48,696 bases of DNA, taken from contig JYFJ02002927.1 of assembly GCA_000934665.2 (NCBI GenBank), positions 1 to 48,696 of the forward strand, in the 5' to 3' direction. Position numbers and translations under genes: made by a program. The notes below the pieces were generated by a model. It was not told the DNA's origin. It was given only the letters and a program-made list of their open reading frames with translations, and ran no database searches. The DNA comes from Catajapyx aquilonaris (taxonomy: Eukaryota). Positions 38,429 to 48,696 of this stretch are shown piece after piece (the stretch's first letter is position 1; every line of letters starts with the position of its first letter).

Positions 38429-39487
38429 CACAGCGCAACAACAACAACAAAAAATCGGCGTGTTACTCGGAAATCACTATGTAGATCATGTTAATAGTCT
38501 GACCCAAAGTAACTGGGAAACGCCCGGGATTTCTCTCCCAAAATGTGCAGGGGGTCAGGGTGACCAAAAATCCGAAAAATTCAAAATATTGACGTTTTTT
38601 GGCCTATTTCCAGGTCTGGTAACCACTGTAAGTTTCGGATTTTGTTTTTGCTGGCATTAGGTGTTACCTGGGGCTAGTCTGAAGCCACTATGGTGTTTAA
38701 AGTCAATCTTTTATAGAAACTGTAGGTTTTCCAGGGTCCTTTTTATGGAAAAAATTTCGTTTTTTGGTACTTTTTCGTCTATTTTTGCGGAACAGTGTAA
38801 GGGCTTTTTTTTATATAAAAAGTGTAGCGTAATGGGCTCTTGAGAGACCCTACAATCAAGGAATAATAGTAGAGCTTTCCTATGCAACCCTAGTACGCGT
38901 GTGCAAAAGCCTAATCTTGGGTAAAATCGCGTTTTGTAGCATTTTTGGTGATTTGACTTTTTTCAACATTTAAAACCAAATATTCCTCGGCTTTAATATA
39001 AATTAATTTCTTCTTAGTCTAACAAACTGTCAGGGACCCCCATAGTATGGAAAAATACTACGATATCCATAAGCAACCCATGTACGCGTGAATTTTTTTT
39101 GTACGCGTACGCGTACATGGGTTGCTCATGGAAATCGTAGTTCTTTTTCCATACTGATGGGGGTCCCTGACAGTTTGTTAGACTAAGAAGGACCCTGGAA
39201 AACCAACAGTTTCTATAAAAGATTGACTTTAAACACCATAGTGGCTTCAGACTAGACCCAGGTAACATCTAATGCCAGCAAAAACCAAATCCGAAACTTA
39301 CAGTGGTTGCCAGACCTGGAAATAGGCCAAAAAACGTCAATATTTTGAATTTTTCGGATTTTTGGTCACCCTGACCCCCTGCACATTTTGGGAGAGAAAT
39401 CCCGGGCGTTTCCCAGCTACTTTGGGACCTACTAACATGATCGACATAGTGGTTTCCGAGTAACACGCCGTTTTTTTTTGCGCTGTG
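38429..39487. mobile_element. CAC-ended foldback DNA element, CMC/Chapaev3-like, non-autonomous
   Basis: Inverted arms of ~300 bp starting CACAGCGC; 3-bp TSD TTA (38426-38428, 39488-39490); extra internal hairpin 39009-39190. Explains the mirrored ORFs 38460-38843 and 39014-39466. Confidence 0.8.
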
Positions 39488-40647
39488 TTATGTTTTGTTT
39501 TAAGGTATACAGTATCATGCTGATTATTTATGTAGTGTACTGTACATAAGCATACACTGGCAAAGTAAATATGATTTTCACACACCAGCAGCACACATTG
39601 TACATAATTTATTCCGGTAGGCCTACCTAAATAATGTAACTCTACAACTGAGTCCGCGCGGCCTAGAGCAATTTTACACCAATTTTACTCCACTAGACTT
39701 TTCGTATAGAGCAAAACATCACTGGAGGATGACTCGTCAGTTACCCAGGAAATTATAAAACATGTTTTTCTCTGTCCTGCTATGTCTATTCTAAATAAGG
39801 GTAGAAGCATTTAAAACCATTTAAGAGAGCCACCATTTAAAAGGCCTGTAAAGAGAACCCATATGCCATTCCGCCCTACGAATGTTGTAGTATTGAAGTA
39901 ATTTGGTGTTTCAAAAATTATTTGGCTAGTGGTCAGAACACACAGTTCCTTTTGAAGTAGTGATGACAATACAGTATTCTTAAGCACTAATATATTGTGC
40001 ACACTCCAACCCAGGGGTTCTTGCAGTCGCAGTCGTGATCCATATCCTTATCTTTATCTTACTAATACCTAACCCAAATACTACAACTTAGGGCACATAA
40101 AAGGCTTGCATAGGCGCGAAATTGTCACATCATTCACATGATATCAATGGAGATATCTCAGAAATTATCATATTCATAACATGACAACCCCGCGCATGGA
40201 ACTCATCATTTTCACGTGGCAATGTGCAGCCTCAGGCACACTCATGAGATTTGTGCCACATGATAATTATTGTTCAGTTCCTCGAGAAGTAAGACATCCT
40301 TTATTTGAAGGGGGGATTATTATCACCACTTTTGACACTTTCTAGATAATCAAGGTGACTAGGGAATCAAGGGACTAGGGAATCATCTCGTCCTCTTTGA
40401 TTTAATATTTATTTATCGGCAGTATGGAGAGTAAGGAAAACAAGTCAATGAAAATTGTCCGATTATTAAAACTCTTTATCACATCAGCAGTACACAAAGG
40501 ACACTCATGAAGCTGTACCAGCCTGACAACTGATTAATTTGTGGTAACCTACATAAAGCTGAAGTGTGCAACCTTGTTGCCTTTTTAAAATTCATGACGA
40601 TGCACAAAAGGATTGTCTTATTATGAGGTAGTGTAGTGGTGGAAATT

Positions 40648-40753
40648 AATGAATATCCACAAGTATCGCCGCCTTGCGGAGCTTTTCCTTTCATGAAGCA
40701 GCTCTCATGTAAAGAAAAGCTCCGCTAGGCGGCGATACTTGTGGATATTCATT
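40648..40753. repeat. 106-bp near-perfect palindrome (mini-MITE or hairpin element)
   Basis: AATGAATATCCACAAGTATCGCCGCCT(T/A)GCGGAGCTTTTC..GAAAAGCTCCGCTAGGCGGCGATACTTGTGGATATTCATT; ~48-bp stem with few mismatches. Confidence 0.85.
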
Positions 40754-41103
40754 CGTAGCTGCATTAAGTAAGAGTCTACTTGCATAACTGAAATGCATGC
40801 AAGTTATTCTATTTCTAGTAAACATGCACGTCGTATTGATAAAACATACAAAGGACCACTGACGACACATTATCGACAGAGGCTTTATATTTATTATTAA
40901 TTGATCGATTTAGTTAACAATTTATTGATATATACATAACACATATAATGACGCCACTGCACTGTTATGGATGTTTAACCTAGGTGACACAATTATTAGA
41001 TATAAATTAAATACTGTAGCCTACCTCATCCTCTGCACGGAACTGGCGACTCCCCAGATGGGCTCGGCCGTTTAGCTCCATTTACACGGTAGGGATACAT
41101 GTA

Positions 41104-41304
41104 TCACCCAAACAAGGATTGTCGCATCCTGGCTTGGATGCAACCCATTGCACAGATGTGTGTTGCTTATCTGTGACCCCGTCCCTTATCTGCTTTGCTC
41201 GGCATAGGAGCCTCCTCAGCTGTCTTTGTGGACACACACAATGCACACCTGTGCAATTGGTTGCATCCAAGCCAGGATACCAGCGACAATCATTGTTTGG
41301 GCCA
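41104..41304. mobile_element. MITE (~200 bp) with TA flanks
   Basis: Imperfect TIRs of ~60 bp, CCCAAACAA(G/T)GATTGTCGC..ATCCTGGCTTGGATGCAACC; TA at 41102-41103 and 41305-41306. Confidence 0.7.
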
Positions 41305-41499
41305 TAGTACTGTACACATGCCATATTGCTGATGATATCGACGAAAACTGTACGTAGAATAAGACAGCACCTGAATTACTCATGTATCCTCCATAAGAAC
41401 ATATTAACTTATATCCACTACAAAGACAATTTACACATATTTTTCTTAGTATTCTTATAAAATGGGTTTGAAATTCTTCACTCTAGCAAATTGCACACT

Positions 41500-42190
41500 T
41501 CTGACAAGTCCGAAGATCGACCTGAGACAAGCTTGACGTGATCAATAATCGCACTGTGTTTCAGTCTGTCATATAGGGTTTCAATTTACTCCAACTGGCT
41601 TAGCGAACGTTTTGTAATATTAAAGCTAAGCTTGCTCAAAGTGAAACTTCCTGCCAATCACTTCAGATAATTATGCTCATCAAAGACACACTGTGATTAA
41701 AACAATGCTTCAGTCGAACCGGCAACTTGGGTCACCCTATAATGGGAATAGGTTGCTTGCGATATCGAGCGGAAATGGACCAGATCTGAATCTCCCACAC
41801 TCAGGAAGCACAAAATGTACTTAACGAAGATGTTAACAGCCATTACTTATTCGACACCCTTCTGATTGATTCCCCTCCGATGATATCAAGGGAGCTTTCC
41901 TTATGCATGAAGGATTGCAAACTTATGAGTGGTGTGGTTATAAAGCAATTTTAAAGCTTCAAGAGCTTGCAAAGTTTGCAAGTTTTAATCAATTCTCCCA
42001 ACGACGTGCCTTCTTCCCACAGGAAAAGTGAAGAAGAGCTAGGGTGGTTGCGAGGGCAAGTGGGCATACAGCTGAAATCCACTAAGTACAAAAAAAAAAG
42101 CTTCGAGATAATCTCAAGCAAAAGACTTGCTTACATGCTGGTGAATACAGAAAATTCTGGCTTGCTGGCTCACTACGAATCGTAGGACTA
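41500..42190 (+). mobile_element. Ancient LINE RT relic
   Basis: DRPETSLT (like RPISLT), YQGSF (like PQGS), GWLRGQVGIQLKSTK (like W..W.MQLNPTK) in order. Confidence 0.35.
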
Positions 42191-43257
42191 AATTGACTTA
42201 ACCAGAACAAATCCAATTTCGTCCGACTTGATGGTCCACCACTTCTCCAATGTTCCTGACTATCTGGTTAAAGTGAAATATATAAAAAATAAAACAAAAG
42301 TTTCCGACGGGAGAAATGATAGCCAGAGCTTTTGATGCCGAAGGGCAACTAATGCAGAGCTGCATTACGGCCATTGCGTGTTGATTTACAATGCCATAAA
42401 AGGTCAGCCAATGGGAAGAATATGACATGTATGACGGCCGACGTTTCATGTGGTCTGCTGCACATTTCTGTCTGTTTTAAACTTGCATTCATTACATTAT
42501 CGCCAGGCCGAGCCCTGGGTGCTTCCAAAATTTCGAATAAGTGTGTCTGTGTGTGGAGCTCATCCGACTGGTTATTGAACTGCGGTGCTTGCCGTATAGC
42601 AAATTGGATTATGGAAATACAATTGAGACAAAAAAAAATGGCAGTCGCCAGTTCAGTGTTTGATTTATGGGCCAAGTCCAGAAGCCCAGTGGCGTTTTAA
42701 ATCCCATATATTAAAATTTGAAGCCGCCACAGCCATGCTGGAAACTTTTAGGGTCCATTTCAAAGGAATTTACTGCAGGTATGGCTTACACTAATATGGT
42801 GGCAATCTCCAAATATGGGTTCTATTTTTTTAATCTTCAGCTCACGTGCTATTGATACTGTATAATAGTGGCAACCTTTTGGCTGACTGGGGTCCTGCTA
42901 TCCTTTGATAGCTACATTAATATTCACATTTAATAGAGTAAAATCAATATAAAACTTGGAATATTGTGGCAGTGACATTGTTATGACTTTTTAATGCAAC
43001 ATGATGTATTGCGGAGTAATTTTTAGTTTGAATTACCCATAATCATATAGTTCCCTATGCGCTAATGGATTTTATCATATGTGTGGTACAGGGTGTGGTC
43101 GATATTATTTTGTTACAATGATGAGTGCGAAAAATTATTTTAGGATGTGGTGTTTTTATTAAGTTTATACAGGGTGAGTTAGAATATCCTGCCATAGTAC
43201 TCGTTGGCCCAATACATGATTGTATACTGCAAAATGTGAGGGTCATACAAGTACGCT

Positions 43258-43465
43258 AAATGTCGAAAACCCACCCGTTCATGACGTAACTTACGTAGAT
43301 GACGATGAGTGTTTGGTTGTCCTTTAGACAAACGCATCCACCTGTCTTACAGTACTTGAAGCCTTATATTGGAACATAATGGCAGACAACCCCGGAGCAA
43401 AAGTACGTTCCATATGTTTCAGTCATCGTCGTCTTGGTCGTTGAAGGTTGGGATTTCGACAATTT
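43258..43465. mobile_element. Old degenerate MITE
   Basis: AAATGTCGAAAACCCACCCGTTCATGAC imperfectly mirrored by GTCGTTGAAGGTTGGGATTTCGACAATTT. Confidence 0.45.
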
Positions 43466-43551
43466 GTCTCCCCTACTTAGGCATTTATAGGGTCAAGGAA
43501 TAGCCTATAGAGGGAGATTGATCTGGAGTTTTGAATCACACTGTAGTATAT

Positions 43552-43584
43552 GGGGGCGGGGGGGGGGGGGNGGGGGGGGGGGGG
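43552..43584 (+). repeat. Poly-G tract containing one N (length uncertain)
   Basis: About 31 G with an N at 43571. Confidence 0.9.
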
Positions 43585-44014
43585 ACAGTACACTTTTTTC
43601 AGAGAGTAAAACATGAAAACTTCTTGTTTCTATGGCGTGAGGCCACTGTACAGTACCGGTCAGCATAAAACCTGGAATAAATAATAACTTATGTCATCAA
43701 TTCTCTGGTCGACATGATTATTATCTGATAATGTTCCGTAAGCATGATGAGCCACAACTGGCAGTGATTCATTGGTGATTCTGTGGCAGTGATCGACATG
43801 ACACATATAGGGTTTGCCTGGTAGTCTTGTAATTTTTTCAATTACTCGAAAGTGTGGTTTTAAGTGGCAAACTGTACCAAACGTCATGAGCAGGAGGACA
43901 AAGTAAATTGGGAAGAATAATTATATCAGTCAGAAGACGAATTTTTGTCACATTCTAAATTCTAGTTCTTGTTGCTCGGATGATGTGACTAAGCTGTGTG
44001 TAGGCCTACGTTTC

Positions 44015-44450
44015 TCAAAAATGTAATATTCCTTTCTGCTTAACTTCCATCAAACCTGAATGTATATGCACATTGCTCGACGAAGGATCAACGCCAACTA
44101 GCTTGACCAAACGGAGGAGTACATATAAAAGGTATAGACTTCCACACTCCCACCCCTCCAAGATCTCCTTCCCAGATGACCTCTTGATCGCTCCCATGGA
44201 TCCGACCCGAAGGTGTTTCTTATAATTCAGGAACAGGTAGGGTTCAGGTCTGAAGAATACGGTGGGTGAGGAAAAATCTCTGGATCCAAATTTCCAGTTT
44301 GGAACCGCGGTGAAAGTGTGAGCTCCAAGCTGGCGTGTTGTTTTGGAGGAGGACACCTTCCAGCAGTTTATCACATCACTTTGGACTTGATGCCTTGTTT
44401 GAGATTAGCATAGTGCTCCCTGTGACTATAACCAATTATTTTCCAAGTAA
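44015..44450 (-). mobile_element. LINE RT C-terminal relic
   Basis: LYVLLRLVKLVGVDPSS..HIHSGL resembles RLYxLRxLKRxGVxxxxLxxIYxxxIR. Confidence 0.3.
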
Positions 44451-44558
44451 TTAATCCCGTAACAAAACTATTCGTTGCCCCAGAAAACAGTAACCAAGAT
44501 CTTCGAGCTCCATTTCTGGAAACTGAACTTTTTATGATGGTGAACCCACGTATTTAAC

Positions 44559-44559
<1 letters not shown>

Positions 44560-44626
<67 letters not shown>

Positions 44627-45126
44627 GGAAACGGGGAGGTGTGGTGGCCGAGATGGTTCCGTCTCGGCTTGCTGAGTGAAAGGTCCCAGATTCGACCCCC
44701 GCCTGGGAGTTCCCTTTCACCTGCGTCAGGAGGGTCTCTGACCTGCACCAAGGAGGTGTCTGGCAACCTAACCTCCTGGGGAACAGTAGCCTACATGACC
44801 CCATTTCAGACAATGCACTTGCACCCATGTTCCCTCCCCAAAAATCCCTATCCTTACCCAATGTCCTTCTGTCCCTGCACCAGAGTAAAGATAAATCAGA
44901 AAATTGATTAAAAAAATGGTGGTGTACCACCCCCCTATAGAACCTGAAAGGGTCATCACGGGGTACAAAAAAAGATAATGAGGGAACCCTGAACACGGAG
45001 AGAACCAGTCAAAATTATTCTCTCCACAAAAGAAATCGTTATTCTGTCTGACCCGGAGATGGAACTCGGGACCTCAGAGGTGGAATGCTCTGTATACTGT
45101 GTAGCACTGACTACCACGTATGCCCT
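44560..45126 (-). mobile_element. Internally deleted SINE family A copy with a long (TTA)n tail, interrupted by SINE B
   Basis: 44987-45126 matches the family A head and early body (GAACACGGAGAGAACC..GAACTCGGGACCTCAGAGGTGGAA); (TAA)n run at 44560-44623. Confidence 0.7.
44631..44974 (+). mobile_element. tRNA-derived SINE family B with TSD
   Basis: A-box TGGCCGAGATGG, B-box-like GATTCGACCCC, tail CATCACGGGGTAC plus A-run; 12-bp TSD ATAATGAGGGAA (44619-44630, 44975-44986). Confidence 0.85.
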
Positions 45127-45499
45127 CGATGTCCTTGGAATACCTGGTCACTGCGAATCGCGCGATGTTAGTTATCTCTACAAAATGCTGCGTAGGCCTA
45201 CTCCTTCAGTTCTGATTTACTTTTGAATCCGAGGGCTGTTACATGGATCATTTTGAACTAAGTGGGGTTCCAAGGATAGCTCAATTTTATGACGTCACCA
45301 GATTTGTTTTTCTTTAGAGGAGACGTCGCCAACTACGTATAAAACCCCTCTTATGTCATCTAGCAATGTTGCATGGTTCTGTTTGTATTAGCTTAATTTC
45401 TTGTAATAATACAGTGTTGATTGAAACCCCGTGGAGGGGGAAGGTTGTTTGGAGGAGGAATCGACTGCTAGCACCTGGCTAGCAGCTTTGAGGTAACTG

Positions 45500-46050
45500 C
45501 TGGAAACAGGTCTAAATGGAATGGCAACATTTAGGAAGACTAATAGAGTAATAGTGTGCCCCATTCTTGATCATGCGCTCAGGAGATGGAATCCATGTCT
45601 CCATATATGTTGTAATATTAAGAACGGCATATGACTTAATGCAGAGCAGTTTGTAAAATATGACTAAGTTGTAAGACAAGAGTTTCATGAATCCTTGCAA
45701 TATACGTAGTATCACGTGTATCAGTCACAACGCACAACATCGCAAAATTTTAATTTCTTCAAGTTCCACATGTGTTGGATTCTTGACGCCTTTGAAGCAA
45801 GTGGTCAATCTAATGGAGAAAGCTCGAGAAAAGATCGCCCTTTACGGGTTGAGGCATTCTAATGCATATGAAGACTTGAAAATAAATTCAGAGCTGTGAG
45901 CAAGGAAGTTAATATATGCGGATGGTAGATTGGATGATATGGTATTGAGAGGTTGAGTAGGTATTTTAACGTGTCTATATACCATTGACCACAACTATTC
46001 ATTTAGAATGTTCCATCCCCATGAATCATTGAATCTGTAATTCCAACAAG
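45500..46050 (-). mobile_element. Ancient CR1/L2-like LINE RT C-terminal relic
   Basis: IDTLKYL..ISSNLPSAYIN (like KYLGVTISSNLxWxxHIN), followed by LVIFYKLL. Confidence 0.5.
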
Positions 46051-46532
46051 GTTCCCATCTTGGTGGGCACACTTAGCGAAGGACTCATCATTGGAAAGCG
46101 TATATCTCTAGTATTTTTTAAAATTGCAGGTGACATAACGTTTCTTATTCCACTTGCATTTTCCTATTACAACTAGTCACATCATTCACATGATTAGTAT
46201 TCAGCCCGAAATCAGCAAGTACAGTAGCAAACATTGGCTAGTGATATCGACCTATAGGATTAACGTAAAACACATTATCCTCAACATGGTTGCCCGAGGT
46301 TTGTGTAAAGTTGACGAGGTCACCTCTAGTTGCTGAAAAGTAATATGCGTCTTCGATTCAGAGCTGTCTTTAAGTTATTTTTGCAAATATTTTTCCAGTA
46401 TTTTTCCTTTTCTGTCTATAATATCTGCAGTTAAGAGTTCAAAAGTAGTTGCTTAGAATAAGCGGTTTATGAAAATAATACCTCATGAACATCTTCCAAA
46501 AAAGTAGATAATTGGTTGACGAAAACTATTAA

Positions 46533-46700
46533 GGTGAATCCCAAGTGAATCCCGGGGGAATCCAATGAATCCTGGGCAAAATGGTGAATCCCGGGTGATC
46601 CCGAGTGAATCTCTAGGGAATCCGGGTGAATCTGGGAAAACTGGCGAATCCCGGGTGAATCTTGTGAATCCCGGGTGAATCTGGCAGTATTAGTGAATCT
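46533..46700. repeat. Degenerate ~11-bp tandem array (GGTGAATCCCG), probably the subterminal array of a hAT-like element
   Basis: More than 12 GAATC-containing units ending in ATCTGGCAGTA, a TIR-like end. Confidence 0.7.
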
Positions 46701-47105
46701 CGTACGTTTTTTTCCGATTGTCCAACCCTTGGCTGTGAGAGTCGCAATTTGGTCAAAAATGAATTAGGCACTGATTAATACAGTCCTAAACTGGTAGCCA
46801 AATCAGTTTTCAGATCGAGAAATTGCAACCACTGTCTACTCTAAGAAAATGTTTGAAAACAATTCATTCCGTGAGGGATGATGCATCTTCCTACTTCAAA
46901 CCCTCATATCTCGAAATCAGCACATTAGGTCTTAGGTGTCAGATTGTCCTGCATCTCAAGTCTTCAGATGTGATTAACATTATAAAACATTAAGGGAATG
47001 GCGAATGGGTTATTAAAGGTCCGTATGATGTACAGGGAAGGGTGGAAAAATAAACTGACAAGGGAAGGTCACAGGGTGATAATGACGGATCTTGATGAAA
47101 TTTAA

Positions 47106-48089
47106 CCCTTTGATGGCGGAGTTTTTGAGGGATTGCATTACCCCAGGGCCTGAGTTTTTTTCCCCCTTTTTCGGAAATTTGATGACCTCACCGATTTTCT
47201 TCAAATTCGGTCCATTGGTAGCCCACACCAAGGGATGAAAAACACACCAAGGGATGAAAAATGCACCTGTAGTTACTTAATCAAAATGACCTCGTGACCC
47301 AATTTTGAGGGGGGCAGAGGTCAAATCATAAAATTTCGACCTCACCGATAGGTAGGGCTGTGCGATATCCGAAATTGCATATCGACTTTCGATACTCAAA
47401 AAATATCGCATCGAAGTCGATATATCTTAAATCGAAAAACCGACATCGCAAAATATCGCAAACCGACATCGAATCGACATCGCAAAATATCGCGCATCGC
47501 AAAATATCGCAAACCGACATCGCGATATTTTGCGATGTCGGTTTGCGATATTTTGCGATATTTTCGATGTCGGTTCGATGTCGGTTTGCGATATTTTTCG
47601 ATGTCGGTTTTTCGATTTTCGATATATCGACTTCGATTCGATATTTTTTGAGTATCGAAAGTCGATATGCAATTTCGGATATCGCACAGCCCTACTCACC
47701 GATTTTCTTGAAATTCGGTGCATTGACATATGTCCCCCTCCAATATGGGTCACAGGGTCATGTCGAGCAGGGAACTATAGGTGGGTTTGTCATCCCTTGG
47801 TGTGGGCTACCAATGGACCGAATTTCAAGAAAATCGGTGAGGTCGAAATTTTATGATTTGACCTCTGCCCCCTTCAAAATTGGGTCACAGGGTCATTTTG
47901 ATCAGGTGACTATAGGTGCGTTTTTCATCCCTTGGGGTGGGCTACCAATGCACCGAATTTCAAGAAAATCGGTGAGGTTGAAATTTTTTGAGTTGAAAAA
48001 TGACCCAAGTTGGCAGGGCAAATCTCAGGACATCATATGATGTCCGTAGGCCCTCCAGCAATGTAAGCTCGGACATCGCCATCAAAGGG
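47106..48089. mobile_element. Non-autonomous piggyBac-type element with ~155-bp internal repeats, carrying a nested hAT MITE
   Basis: TTAA TSD (47102-47105, 48090-48093); 13-bp TIR CCCTTTGATGGCG. Internal unit GACCTCACCGATTTTCTT..CACCAAGGGATGA..GTGACCCAATTTTG occurs in direct and inverted copies. Confidence 0.85.
47349..47694. mobile_element. hAT-type palindromic MITE
   Basis: Ends TAGGGCTGTGCGATATC...GATATCGCACAGCCCTA; 8-bp TSD CTCACCGA (47341-47348, 47695-47702); interior built of CGATAT/ATATCG repeats. Explains the repetitive ORFs 47326-48040. Confidence 0.9.
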
Positions 48090-48240
48090 TTAACATGCTA
48101 ATACAGGACAATATATGATACGCAAACATGAAATATTTCGTGCGGAGGCCCATATTTGCAAAAGTTATCACGTCTTAAAGTTCCAAAAAAAACCATTTTC
48201 ATTGAGTTCATAATGGGATTACATTAGCGACCACATTTAA

Positions 48241-48696
48241 GAGGGCCGGGTACCTGGCGTTCGCGCCACTTTTCAGGCAAAGCGAGGAGAAAAACGGGTG
48301 CGGATTCATCGTCTTCGTTCGACATATCCTCGCTCCTATGGGAGGTACGGACATGCGGTTTTTTGTGTTGCACGGAGGGATGACCGGGGCTGCCTCCGGT
48401 CTTGGTCCGGTCCGGATCGGCCCACAAACACCGCATCTGGGATGGGAAACGCATTTGCCACAGGGGCGTCGAGTCGGAGGACGAAATTCAAAAAATGAGC
48501 TTGTAGGTCCACAGGCCCACTGTCTATGTCTCTGCTGACGATTTTTGGGTGCGCCGGAACTGTTTTTGTGGACGTGAGGCTGCACGAAACGAGACCCTAA
48601 GGACACAGACACAGAGGACAGAACGAGAGAAGAACAGAGCGGCAACACGGCGCCCGTTGCCCCCCCACTCCCACCCCGTCCCACCCACACCCCCGT
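48241..48696. mobile_element. Probable end of a young GC/CpG-rich DNA transposon (TTAA|GAG, Sola3- or Kolobok-like) running off the window
   Basis: Abrupt shift to CpG-rich sequence after TTAA (48237-48240), starting GAGGGCCGGGTACC; partner TIR not in the window. Confidence 0.35.

Noticed and set aside
45765..45895. Plus-strand exon-like segment with AG/GTGAG ends
   Set aside because: Lies within a minus-strand LINE RT relic.
160..46050. Minus-strand bias of LINE relics suggesting a uni-strand piRNA cluster
   Set aside because: Only about ten low-confidence relics, two on the plus strand, and all very old; too weak to claim.
46533..46700. CRISPR-like repeat array
   Set aside because: Units are ~11 bp, degenerate and lack unique spacers; eukaryotic context with no cas genes.
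47360..48040. 226-aa ORF and its mirror ORFs
   Set aside because: Products of the palindromic hAT MITE and piggyBac internal repeats.

Overview
This is eukaryotic, almost certainly invertebrate-animal, genomic DNA that is mostly non-coding (intronic or intergenic). There is no prokaryotic operon, CRISPR array, rRNA gene or intact tRNA gene. Nearly all ORFs in the supplied track are spurious: antisense shadows, microsatellites, or palindromic and TE-derived frames. Much of the window is a layered transposon graveyard. It holds a degraded Sola1-type DDD transposase (~1560-2900, minus) and a solo LTR with a 4-bp TSD. Non-autonomous DNA elements with readable TIRs and TSDs include Tc1/mariner-pogo, Kolobok nested in a Sola1-type element, piggyBac, hAT nested in piggyBac, and a CAC-ended CMC/Chapaev3-like foldback element whose CACAGCG ends resemble an RSS heptamer. 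Three tRNA-derived SINE families share a 3' stem-loop, and there are about ten ancient CR1/L2-like LINE relics. Two well-bounded minus-strand candidate exons (21260-21323, 9844-9960) suggest an unidentified large-intron host gene. Several TE-free islands are rich in developmental transcription-factor motifs. I cannot support a clearly new biological system. The best leads are the RSS-like foldback element, the orphan exons and the shared SINE tail structure.
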